DNA of 64,000 nt, taken from the NCBI RefSeq assembly GCF_964204865.1, contig NC_135250.1:8618001-8682000 (forward strand). Direction: 5' to 3'. The stretch comes from Styela clava. Its lineage: Eukaryota. How positions within the stretch are numbered: the stretch's first letter is position 1; every line of letters begins with the position of its first letter. A program made the translations under genes and the position numbers. Below, one piece after another: positions 10,636-23,800 of this stretch. The notes beneath the pieces are model-generated. The model had not been told where the DNA came from. It saw nothing but the letters and a program-made list of their open reading frames with translations, and did no database searches.

Positions 10636-11831
10636 GTCAATAACAACTAAATGGCGACGGAGGTTTTGACTTTTGACCAACCGACTTTTTCAATTTTACA
10701 AAGATTACCACTCAATTGAAAGCCAACCAGTGTTTTCCAGTTTTGTTTTCCAATTTATAAAATCTTTCGAAATTTCGAAATCTTCAAATCGAAATCGAAA
10801 TTTCCAGATTCCTAAAGTCGTAGACCAAAACTAAAAAAGCTATAAACGTTTATGTTTCTTTACGGTTATGTTTAGAAAAAATAGTGGTAATTAATGAGTA
10901 AAAGAGTTGATAGTTGGTTATTTGTGTTCGAATGAAAAAAAAATATATGAAGTGCTTCTTAAATATTCGCACGGTCTCTTTTTTTGATTAGATGAGGGTA
11001 ACCCAACTTTTTATGGTTTCGTATGCATTGAACAAGATTACAAGGTTTTTATTGTAATGACTCAGAATGCAGAATTATTAACATATATGCAAAACTTATT
11101 GGAACTAAATTTGCTAAATCTCTTCCCGCGATTTATGAAATGATAGTTGTTCTTTAGCGCCCACGTAAGGATAAAATTTTTTGCATTACTCATAATGTTC
11201 GGCGTCACTTTATCGCTTTCCCTTCCTACATACGCGGGCATAATCGTGTTGTATATCGGTTGAAGTTTTTACAACTTTAAAATAAAAACGCACGATTCAA
11301 ATTTGCAGCCAACTTCAAAGCTGTCCGACGCGAAGCTTCAACATCGTAAAAGCTGCAACTGGTTGACGAAAATTTTGCGTTATCTATTACAGTATTACAC
11401 AATTGAAGAAGATGTGTGGACTGTGGATGGGATGTTTTTCTGATACCCATTAACATTTACAACCTTTAATGTAAGCACCAAATTCTAGTAGTGCGCATAA
11501 CAAAACTCATATCATTATAGTTTAGATTCAACGGCATCTAGGGGATCTATAAAACTGTGTAAAACCGTTTTTTTTCTGTTGTCGGTTGTTTTAAAATCGT
11601 CTCTATTTGAAGAAAGCACGTGCAAAATACGATGAATACTAACAATTTTATTTGCAATATTTACCCAGGTTTTTTAATGTTTTCCAGAATACAATACATT
11701 TCTGTTTGTCCTTTTATTAACTAGTTATTGGGATAGGATTTTAATATTTATCCCAGGGCATTGTATTATCAAAAATAAGCTAGCTTGATTTTATATGTTA
11801 TCGATAAAATAAATGTGTTATTTTATATAGC

Positions 11832-14800
11832 ATGGAATCTGTACTCGAAATAGCCAATCATCAGAGGTAAGAGAATGTCCCCGTTTATAAGTGCGAGTTT
11901 GTTAGGCCATCGACATGTCGAGGGAGCTGGGCATAGCTAGGGTTACCATATTTTTGTGACTTCAAAGCGGGACGCCTCCAAAGACCAAAGCTGTGATTTT
12001 ATACCTTTACATTTTCCGATTTTACTAATTACTACATAAGGTTAAATTTAAAGCTATCTCGGCTGTATTCGTTGGCCATATTGTCATCGAGAGTTCATGC
12101 GCATATTCTCTGTCCAAATATCGGGTTCATTTAAAAAAATAGAAGGAAATGACGTTAACGATGCCGGTACAAATAATCCGAATTTAGACTAATTAGTACC
12201 GTATTAGTTTTACATGCGATACGTTTGCTAACAATGTTAGCGGGAAGCAACGAAACAAACGCATTCACCTTTAGTGAGTATGCTAGCGCTGCGCTACACA
12301 GAAACAACAGTAACGAGAACATGTTCGTGTATTATGCTGGATGGCTGAGCGCCAAAGTGGGACTTTTGGCTGACTTGTCGGGACGGCGGGACAAGACGCT
12401 AAAAAGCGGGACTGTCCCGCCTAAAGCGGGACGTACGGTAAGCCCAGGCATAGCCAGCTACGGTAGCGCAGTGAATTAAATATGATAATATTTTCATGTC
12501 TGTCTCGAGAAAACGATGTCAAATGAGATTAAATCTGGACCATGTATGATGACACAGCAATAACTTCCGTATCGTGATCCGTGGACAATGAATTTGGCAG
12601 AACGAAAATCGGAATCTTCTTGTACTGTCTGACTGTAGTGAGTTGCAATTTTACTGATGATTATATTCCTATATTAGAAATGTTTAGTAATTAAAATCTA
12701 TTATTCATGCAGTCACGAGATTATTCCAACAGAACACATGCTGACATGGAATAGCAGAATAGGCCTATCACATCAGACAGACCGTGTGGTAACGATAATG
12801 GGATAGGATTCTGATACCTGTAGTAGATTGGCATAGTACATGAAATTTCCACCAATTTCCAAATAATGTTATAAAATTGTTGTCTGCAATTGCAAGTTTA
12901 TCAAAGAATGGCTCTATCAGTCTATGGGTTATTACCAGGTTTGTTGCTAATGATTAAATAAATAGTTCTGTTAGTATGTTGTTCTTTAAATATTCATGTC
13001 CAGTCTATTGCTTCCAGGAAAAGTCAGTTTTGTGTTTGTTCTTCTCTTCTTTAACCCCCTTTCGGCTCGGCGGTGTGGCGCATCGTGCTAAGCGTTAGGA
13101 ATACGTTCGCCACCGCATCTCTGATTACCCTTCGTGGAATCGCAGGTTAGAATCCCATGCGGGGATGATCAGGTGCGAGAGGATTGCTGGACTCCTCGTC
13201 GCCGTAGGGTGGTTCACGTAACCGCTGGTCGGTTACGGGCTTACGGCTTTCTCCACCATCAAGTCCATGCTTCCGAAAACAAATAACTGGCTAACTAATC
13301 ACATACCCGACCTGGACTAGTAACCGTACGAGAGGCCGTGGTTTGCCATATGATTAAGTCGTCTTATCGGCTTTCCTCTCCCCCGGGATAAATATGTAAA
13401 TACTATCCTACTTTGAGCAGCGCCTGACAAAAATACTGTAGTCGAAAATCAAGACGAAGGAGTTCAAGTATCGAGTCTGGTTAATGTTTCAATTCAAGTT
13501 GGTGCACAAAGAAGTCTAGTAAAATTGCTAAACAACAATGAATAACAAATATGGGTTATATTGGCACAAAACACTGAATTTTCTGTACAACTGTACAGAA
13601 TTTCTTTCATTTTCAAGGCTTACCCAAATTTATTTTTGAGTTTCAGGTCAAGTCCCACAATTTTTTGTGATTGATTCGAGTGATTCTGTTCAGAGGAATA
13701 AGGTTTGCGTACATGAAACATGTGACTCGTTTCAAGTCAATGGATTGAGTTATTTCAGTCCAGCTTTCAATCCTTTCCCAAATAGATGCTAAGCTACATA
13801 TATGCCTAATGTCATGAGATAGGTCAATGCAATAGTAAATATTTATTACTTCAATTGTGTTTGCTCGTCAAATGGAATAAAGCAATGTCTGAACTAGATG
13901 TAATTTATTTACATTCAAACTGACCGAATCCAGCATACAAGAGCTATTGTTTTCTACTTTGAAAGAAATATTTTTTGAACATACATAAATGCGAAAAATT
14001 AAATGTAACTCGTTGAAAAGATTACTTTCCCAGCAAGAGATTGCCAAATTTATTGTCATGTCCATTGCATTATTGCAAACCGGTTTTCATGGGAATCCCC
14101 TAACCAAGTTTTATTTACATAATAGACTACAAAACCTGCGAACCTACAAAAAAATCAAAATGAATTCCTGCCTAATTTTAGCCATAAAATTTGACAGAAT
14201 TCTTCTTTATAAGCCTGTAAATTATATTAATTGCTGTTTGCTAATAACATTAACTTAATATGAACATAATGCCACAAGTCAAGGCAAAGTTTACAAACAT
14301 TTATATGACTATGCCATAATTTATGACTATGCTATGAAGTTTTACCCAAAATATTTTATATCTTTGTAATGATTAAAGTTATGTTTGCATGACATTATAT
14401 CAAGCAAACAATCTATGCTCAAACATATTACTTATGAATTGTCACTGATGAAACAATAAACTTGCTTGACTTCGTTCAAGCAAGTAATGTAAGAGTAAGA
14501 TATGTGAAATTGTTTAACAATTGAATGAAGGAAGACATTTTTGAAAAAAAAATTTCATCTTGATACCTCTGAATCAGGTCGACTAACTTATAGTAAATGC
14601 AAAATATAGTTTGGCTCAGTGCCTTGTTCAGAGCAAAATTTTACTTTGCTTTAAATTTTTTTATTTAAGAATTATAAAAATTAAGCATTCAGCTAAAAAT
14701 AATATCATTTGCCCATGTAAACCCCATAAATTACAATTTATTACATTGTTGGCTTTGATCTTCCATCATAATTTTCCTGTTGCCATAATAAAATGTAAAC

Positions 14801-17800
14801 AAATATGCCGCTGATCTGTTCTTGCTCAAGGATAATTTTCGTGTTACGCTGAGATATATTTAACCTAAGTAGCTATAAGTGGCGTAAGGTCATAGCCAAT
14901 GCCCTCAAGGCTCTTATTAACTTGTAGATTTTCCTATGAGGCTGCTAAAAAGTAAGTGTATGGACTGACTTGTTTTAATATGGATAAACTCAGTAAGAAT
15001 ATTGTTATGAAAATTGTGCATTAAACTTTTGAGATATCAATAAATTTAAATATATGAATATTTTCCTTTTTTTTTGTAAATTTAAGCAGTTGTTTTTGGA
15101 TAAAGATATTCCTGTGTCTCGTGGAATTTAGTGATTGTTATAGGTAATTTTATGGTGTTTTCATGTGTACCCTAATTGCTGATTTATAGAGTGCTAAACT
15201 GTATTGAACACCTATATGAAAGGTAGACAAACAAGTAACTTAAAAAAAAGCATGCTGTGTTGGATTTTGTACTTCGATTCGATTCGATGGAAAAGCTCGT
15301 AAACAAAAATCTGATGTATATAATGTGTTTTGTACAATGTTTCAAAGGAAAGCAATTTATATGATGGCGCATTGCTGTGGAACTGTAAATGTTTGTATAT
15401 GCAACCTGTAGCTTTCACTGGAAGACTTTAACAAAAATATTGTAACTGCTGAGATGGTATTTCATATAAAATTGCCAGTTAATTTTTGACATGTTAGTTT
15501 CCTCATGAATACAATATTGCATGATGACTAAATAAATAATGCATGTTATGCATCAGCCATAAATGTTTGAATTTTGCATTTCCAGCAATATTTATTTCAC
15601 AAAATTTATCATACTTTGCACACAAATACAGTTCAGCTCATCAGCAGGCCATTTTCGGTTTTTCATAATTTATAAATTATGTGGCTATGGAATATTTGAA
15701 AATAAATTAAATCACCCTATATTGAATTACCGTGAGTTTTTGGTTGATGGTTAACAATTTCATATTTTTTTGGCAGTTTTCAGTTCCACAGATTCACAAT
15801 ATAAATCGTATATCAACCAGTATGTCAACAAGACATTCACCAAAAGCTGGAAAATTTCAGTTTCATTTATATATATAGGTTCCTCACTGCTCCTATCAAT
15901 TTTTTATCACGTAATAAAAGAGGAATGTGTGTGTAATGTCTAGAAACCTTGGCTTTTGTCTTCCAGTAAAAGGCATACTTTCTTACGAGATTGATGGTGT
16001 TTATTTTCGTGAATCTTTATTTGCCTTCTCGTAGGAGTGTAAAGAATAAATGAGACAGTAAAGTTTAATAAACTTTAATGTGAATTATACAAACCGAAAG
16101 TAAAGTTTTTTTGGGTATTGTAATATGTGTTTATTCTGAGAACGGAATAATTGCTGTTTGCAATAGCACTTGTTATTACGTGATATTCAGTTCTGTTTTT
16201 CCTTTTACAATATGTATGAAAGTTAAGAAATAGCTTGCCTAGAGCCATTTTTGGAGCAAACCATAGGCATTAGGAAATATTATAAGTCAAATTTAATATA
16301 ATGTGATTAAGATTCTTAGTGATATTTACAAATTAATCATAAATAAAAGGATTAAATCATTTTTAATTAATTAATAATAATATTCATTATATATTCCACG
16401 AACATATTCATTTTGAATTATAACTCTCTCAAGAGCCATTTCCTATTTAGATTATATGTATCTTATTATGCTCCATTTCCTAATGATGTGTACAAATGAC
16501 TCATTCCAAAATGGAAACGTCTCTTATATAGCTAATCCTTATTGACATTGCTTTATCTTCAAGTGTTGTGTATTCAGGATTAATATGGAAGAAAATTGAT
16601 TTTGTGTCTGAGTCTGATTATTCTTGTATACTGACAATTTCAGGCCTGCTTCTTAGGTATTGCCAAGCAGTGGACCATTGTTAGAGCATGCCTTATAACT
16701 ATGTATCATACTTGGTTGATAAAATATATTTGCATTGTTTGGGAATGGATATGGTCTGGAGTTGTCAGTTAATCCATTAATTGCATCCTTGGATTGTGTG
16801 AAATGCTATTTTATCTGATGATAGCGCAGAGTGTTTATCCACAATAATAAAAGCAAATATTGCATCACTTTATATCTATATATATATGAGTGAGGATTCC
16901 TGGTGATATAAGGATTCAACATACCTGAATTAGAATTTAGTTTTCATTTGATAATTTCATCACCAGGCATTTAGAAATTGAATATTTCGCTATTAAGGCT
17001 CAGTGGCAGGAGCGTAGATGAAATTATCGAAGGAGGGGTTCTGAAGTTATAATGGGGGAGGGTGTTGATCCCCAAAACCCCCTTGTCTACTCCCCTACTC
17101 AAAAGCTTTTGCAATGTGTGTGGTATTTATGGCAAGATAGGCTTTGATTTCCTTTATGAGATACACAATCATTGTTTAAAATGCAAAGACTATATAGGCC
17201 TATTAATATTATGAACATCATGTGATACACAAATATTTTTTCATATTTTGTTCGCACAGTATTCATTAGCGTTAATCGTGAAAATTGACACAGAATTTAA
17301 ATTCATTGCTAAATGGGTAAATTTAAAGATCAATGAGAAATTTAAATATTCATGAACTTGTTATTGCTGTAATATACGTTTCATATCACTATTTTTGTCC
17401 AAGTTCATGGACTTTTCAAGTTTGAATATCACTTAACCTTGTCTAATGCTTTCTCAAATAATTATTTTTTCTTCTTTATTTGATATTATTGATAGCGGTA
17501 TATTGGTTGTCAATTGGCTACTAATAACGCAACAATTTCCTGTGTGGACTAAAGTACTTTTTCATGTTTGAGTTGTACATTCCATTCTGATAAGCATGTG
17601 ACGTGTGTGCATAACTTGTTTATTTGAGTCCTGATGCAATAACTTCGATCCTAAAATGTCCCTTATTTATACTTAATCAACCCATGGCCATAGTTTCAGA
17701 GGTCTTTTTAAGTATGGATCATCATCGATTCTTGTTTTGCCAATTTTTTTTTCAACTATGCCCCACCGGTCCGCAGTTCAATTAATTATTAACATAGTTT

Positions 17801-20800
17801 GAATTATTTCTCTAGGTTGAAATGCTTCAGATTTATGCATATCATTTGATCAAGCTTGATGCTTTGTTAATAGGCTTGGTTAAGCTTGGCCATAGCTTAT
17901 AAGACTTGCAACGTACCCACAACAGTTCTGCTAATCATTAATGCATGCCACAAAATTTGAAAAAGTTTTTCATCCATGTATGGTAATGGCAGGCTAGTCC
18001 TTGAGATACCTAGTTGACAAGGGCATTCTTATGTCTGTACTCTGATAATAAATTTTGATATAAAAAATCTTATATGGGGAAATTTTAGGTCATTTTACTT
18101 AAAATCTATTTACGGTAGTTTATTTTATTGATTTGGTTTCTTAATTTAATCTAAGGCCATCTTTTACGGCTGTGTGATAAATATCACTGTTCTTTGAATT
18201 TGATAAGTTGCAATGTTGTAGATCCAGTTATATTCTTTTGTTACAATGTTATAGATAACAGGATTATAAAAACAAAATATTGGACTAAAGATTCCAACTA
18301 AGATTTCAAATGAATTTGATTTGAAGCAAAATATTGTATGAAACAGGTTATTTTCATCCCATTTCATGTAATAAATAATCAAATTGTTTTTTGATGCTAG
18401 GATATCAAGGGAATTTAGTTTATGTTTAATTCCAAAAAGTGATACTTGCAGAAAAAAGCTATTTTCAGGGAATCAAAAATTACTAAATTAAGAAAGAGCA
18501 TATTACTTTCTATTTTTGCAATTCTTCTTTTATTTGTTATGGGCTATATTGAAAGGAACTGGTTACAGTCCTAGACCCTAGTCAACAATGGACATTAATA
18601 ATTCATGTATTGTAATCTAAATATTTTAGCATTTTTAGTTATGATTCCTTTATTTGTTTGTGACATTTTTGGTATTATTCTTTCCCTTTGTTTAATAGAT
18701 TATCGTTAAAATTCTCAACATTCTACACCTTTTGTGTGCATTGTATTTACCGTTAGAATTGTTACATTACGATAGAAAGCCTTTCGTTGAAAGAAGAATG
18801 ACGTCATATCAAAATATTTTGAAAAAAGAGATCGTGCCAAAATTTTTTGTCTTATTGTTTGCGATAAGTCCTCGTAAAGTTGGTCTTCAAATTATAAGAA
18901 GTGGAGAATTGATAAAATTATTTATTGTGATCCAACAGTTTTACTTCATCAATTTTTTATTGCTGTTTCCACTTAGTTGTGAATTGATTTATTATGTTTG
19001 AAATCAGAATAAATATTTCAGACAGTTTAAGTGTTTCTGTTTTAATTAACTGCCCAATACCTCTATAGCTTTTTTACTTATCTCGCTATCAAATGCAATA
19101 TAATATGTAAGTGTAGCTCATTACTTATCGATTTTAATCGCTAAGTATGTTGATAGGTATTTGTCTGTTTGTTTGTCTGTTAGATGCACGCGATATCTCA
19201 CGAAAGCGAGATTGAATCTGCTCCAGATGTGCATGTGCATTTATCATATGTCGTACCAGAAGCCTAGGCTATTGATTTTGGATGATGTATGTCGTATAAT
19301 TAGCGAGTTATTAATTAATTAGTGAACGGACACAAGGTGTCACTATGGAGTAAGAGCGCTGTTTGGGGGGATCCCCTAACTTTTGATCGATAAGTCTTCG
19401 GTCTCTGACCGATATTCTCGTTACATAGTTGATAGTTAAACATAGTTAATTCCATTAGCAAATTGGATAATCTATAAATTCTATGGTAACAAATCCGGAC
19501 ATAATGTTCACTTCATGAGATGTAGCTACCGGTATATAAAAACTTTTTTATCTGGTCAATTTCGTTTTTGTGTAGCACTAACATTGACAGCTAATATTTA
19601 AAGTTCCATAAATTCTTGTGGTCAAAAAACAGATTTTAAATCGTTTGGAACATATTCTAGAGACTGTAAAGAGAACATATTTTTTGTTCTAGATTCTAGA
19701 ACTATTTTGTTCTAGAGGTATGAGTTTTTTATTTTGTATAACCTAATTCATGATTTATTATTTCACAGCATATATTTACTAGGCTAGAGTAGTATTGGTT
19801 TAGGAATGAACTTTTTTCCCTTAGCCTAGTTAGTACTGTGGTAATCACAACTGGATAAAAGGGAAACTGAAGGAGAAATACAATCTGAAACTGCATAATG
19901 AGGTGATTATCTCATTCATTGTTTTCTCTTATTGTATTAGAACTTACTACTAATTTATTTATCATTGTGAATTGTATTTTATCATTGTTATAGTATAATT
20001 TTGCTATAAAATACGGTTATCAAAAGTCAAAACATAGTTTTAGATAAAGTGATATTTTAATAGCAAGTTTTGATTGGGGTAGCTTTTCTTGATATACTTT
20101 GGATGAGATATTGGCAAATTAAATTGGAAGCATAGTTTAATATCTTTGTCCATAATCACATAAAAAATTGCTGTGCTACTTATCAGGATGGTTCACTTAT
20201 CCATTGACTTCCGACTGGTTGTGGTTGCCACCAACCATATTCACGATAAATGTATTTTGTGTAAATTTGTATGTCCCCTGTTACAATTAAGGTACCTATA
20301 TAAATCAAAGATTTCATAGATTGTTTTTTTTTTAATTTTTATTTTCAAGTTATCTTTATCTCTAATCATTGGGTGTTTTTTCAAAAGCCTCAGCAAAAAG
20401 AGAGCAGCTCCAAGACCTCCAGTCCCAGGAGTTCAAAGTACTCCCGCTGGAAAAAACAAAGAAAATGAAAAGTAAATATTAATCATCTCATTTTTGTTCT
20501 GCGCTTTTTTATATATGCTTCGATTATTAATTAATTAACCTGCTTATTTTTTTAAAAGAATACTAAAGAAGGAAAATGGTCATGGAGAAGATCTAAACAT
20601 GAATGAAAATATTATTTTAAAAGTGGTCATGCCAGATCAAACTGAAGATGAAATTCAAGTATCTGGATTGTGAGTTGAAAAGTTTTTCAATTTCCATTTC
20701 AAGAATCATCATTGTTCACCAATAAAGAACTCATTCATTAGGTTATTCTCTCCAAACAAGGCTCTACACCAGTGGTTCTCAAATGGTGAAGCCAGCCCCA

Positions 20801-23800
20801 CAAGAGGGTGACTCGATCTCGCCTGCCTAATTTTTGATATTCATGTTCCATCCACATATTTTCAAAGTATTTTTTGAACAAAACATGCTTTCGTCTTACT
20901 ATCTGTTATGTAGCTTATTGTTAACCAGTTATTTTCGAATGGGGAGCGATACTTGACAAATTCTAAGAACGGGGGCGCGGCTTAAAAAGTTTGAGAACCA
21001 CTGAATTCTAGTCTTTCGATTTGACTCCAAACAGAAGTTCCTCATATCCATGTAGAAAATTTCATACATGTTATTATTTCATCCATGTAAATAAAATTCC
21101 TAGACTTTTTTTGCTTAATATTTAGATTATAATTAAGCAATTTGTTATATCCACTCAAGTGATGTTTTTTTAATTTTTGTTTTTACAGAATACCTTTGAT
21201 GGATCTGCGAATGCAACTGTGTGCTAAATATAAACTTTCTCCAAGTTCTTATAAACTTGAACCGATTGAATTAGATGGAAGAGCAATACCTTTCACACAA
21301 TCAAGTACAGTTGTATCAATTAATGCAAAAGCTGTTGCTCTCAAAACAAAAGCTAAAGAGCCAGTGAAAATTGCACCACCTAAAGTAGTAGAGGTTAGAT
21401 TCTGCTTATTGGACACGTCAGTGTACATAACGATCGTTTCAATATTATGTTGTTGTTTTTGTTATTCTTCTCCTTCGTCATGATGAAATCTTGAAATCTC
21501 TTCGAATACTGGACCAATTGCTTTGAAATTTTCAGTGGTTAAAGAATGATATTTTTGCCAGAAGGCTATTACTTTTACCTATCTCAAAAATTTCTGTGGA
21601 CTTCAAGAGATTCGTTTTTTATGTGTCAGAATAAAAAATAGTGACACCTTGTGACATGTCCATTTATTTGAGCATAGCTCTCTTGTTTTCTAAGGAACAA
21701 TTTTTTTTTCAAAAATGGTGATTCTGATGAATTTTAGTTATGATATGTATATTCTGACACCATATGACGATCACCATTGATTATTGGGCATGTTGAAATA
21801 TTTTTATGCCTATTTAACTAGAATCTAGTTTATTCAATTGTTTCAAAATGTCTTTTGTTCCCATGGTGACATAAAAAAAGATCAGGAACACTGGCTGGAA
21901 ACATACCAAAGTTAGCCATTTCGGACTTGGTTATCGATAGGGAGGTACAAAATGATTCGGATATTTGAATCTATTTGGAATTAATTATATTTTATAATTG
22001 AAATCCTTAATACTAGGAATAATTTAGAAAAGTGCCTTTCGAGACTCAACATGTGACCAAGAAGGCTTTTATGTTATGAAAATTATTAAAAAAAAAATAA
22101 AGAACTATTGAATCAATGATCATTTTAAGTGTGTTTTTAAATACAAATTCCTTGAATACAATAAGTTCCACATATTCTTCATTGAAAATGAATTTTCTGA
22201 ATTGATTATTCGTTTTTCGGAATGGTAAATTCACTCCTTGTTTACTATTATGAAGTATTATTTTTGCAGCAAACAGTCAGATTGACAATCAGAATGTCGC
22301 AATCACATAAACAAGTTCTTCGAGTTAGACCCAACACGTCTTTGGACAAATTATTGCCTCAAATATTAGAAAAATCGGGATTCAAACCAGATAAGCATCA
22401 ATATGTCGAACTCAGACACCCTGATCAACCAACCATGACGCTTGATACATCTCGTTCTTTAGATGATTATAAAATTCGAGAGATATTTGTTGCAGATAAA
22501 AGAGGTTTGTGCATTTTTACGCGTTATTGTTTTTGCAACACAGTTCGTGTGCAGGATTAGTTTTAAAATAAGTTTCTGGCAAATGCCAGGAAAGTTCTAG
22601 AAGTGCAGGAAGCGGTCATAGTTTTGTTACAAATTTCAAACCATGTTTCGGTCGTGTATTCGACACAAAAAAACTTCAAATGAGGAAGGTACTAATTTGT
22701 AATTTTTGATTTTTTTCTGGTTTTGTTTCAAATTCAATGTTTTTGAGTTTATTAATTATTTGTTAAAAACGTTTGGAATCATATGGATATCACATATGTG
22801 TGTGCTTGTGTCTGTGAATCTTATCACAATTAGGATATTATCTTATCTCTACGTTTTGGTCATGTTTTTCACCTAAGGCTAGAACAATATTAAAAACAAA
22901 TTTGAGATTTATTCTTGTGAATATTCGGAAGTGCATATTTTTCGACTACGGCATATGGGATCTTGAGTGGAATTTTTTGGTATTTCCAATAAAATCTTGG
23001 ATGAAGTTTCAATCATGTTTTTACTAATTTTCAAAAATATCTCTGTGGTTTAAAAATGATTTGTAAAATTTGAGAAAAAGACATCTAAGTACCATGGGCC
23101 TAATACGTTTATATCCTATTCATATTATTGAGATTTAAAATATGCATTACTTTCTGTTCATAACGCATTGATTCATGCCACAGAAAGATTGCACTTTAAT
23201 AAATGATTTTAAATTTGAGAATTAAATTTTCTAATCATTTTGCATGATTGTTTGTTTTACCTGTATGTAACATATTATCTCCGAAGAATGCTAATGTTTG
23301 TTATTTATGCTTGATCAAGTATGAACCAATTATGCTTCATTAAAAATATCAACCAAAAACACTTGTTGCGTGCTTGATTGAGCATAATTATTTATCTGAT
23401 CTGCACATGATCCAATTAATTTTTGTGGAATTATTACCGAAATTAATTGCAATTTAATTCTATTTGATTCGTTAGTACCGGTACAACAACAACATGAACC
23501 TCAACCAGAACCTGAACCAGAAACAATGTCAATACAATCTGATGACACGTCGCCTGGTAAGTATTAATCATGCGTGCAATGAGGTTTTTAATCAGATTAT
23601 CACTGTCTGAGTGTCAGGTCAATATGGTCACTTGCTTTGCAGAAAATTTTTTTAATTTTGATTCGTCATTGACTTTGATTTTATCAGTTATCACTATCAG
23701 TAATTTATCAAAGTATTTCCCACACTGAAGTGAAGTTGAGCGTGTAAAAAGTTTAAGTCATGAACAAAATTTCACAATTTTAAAAGTGGTAATCGTCGAA

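Noticed and set aside
10766-10805. Short tcgaaat tandem motifs, also tcgaat arrays at 51400-51760
   Set aside because: Not CRISPR: no spacers or regular period. These are MITE subterminal or low-complexity repeats in a eukaryotic genome.
12225-12479. 84-aa ORF
   Set aside because: Lies almost entirely inside the hAT MITE 11938-12446; no transposase motifs.
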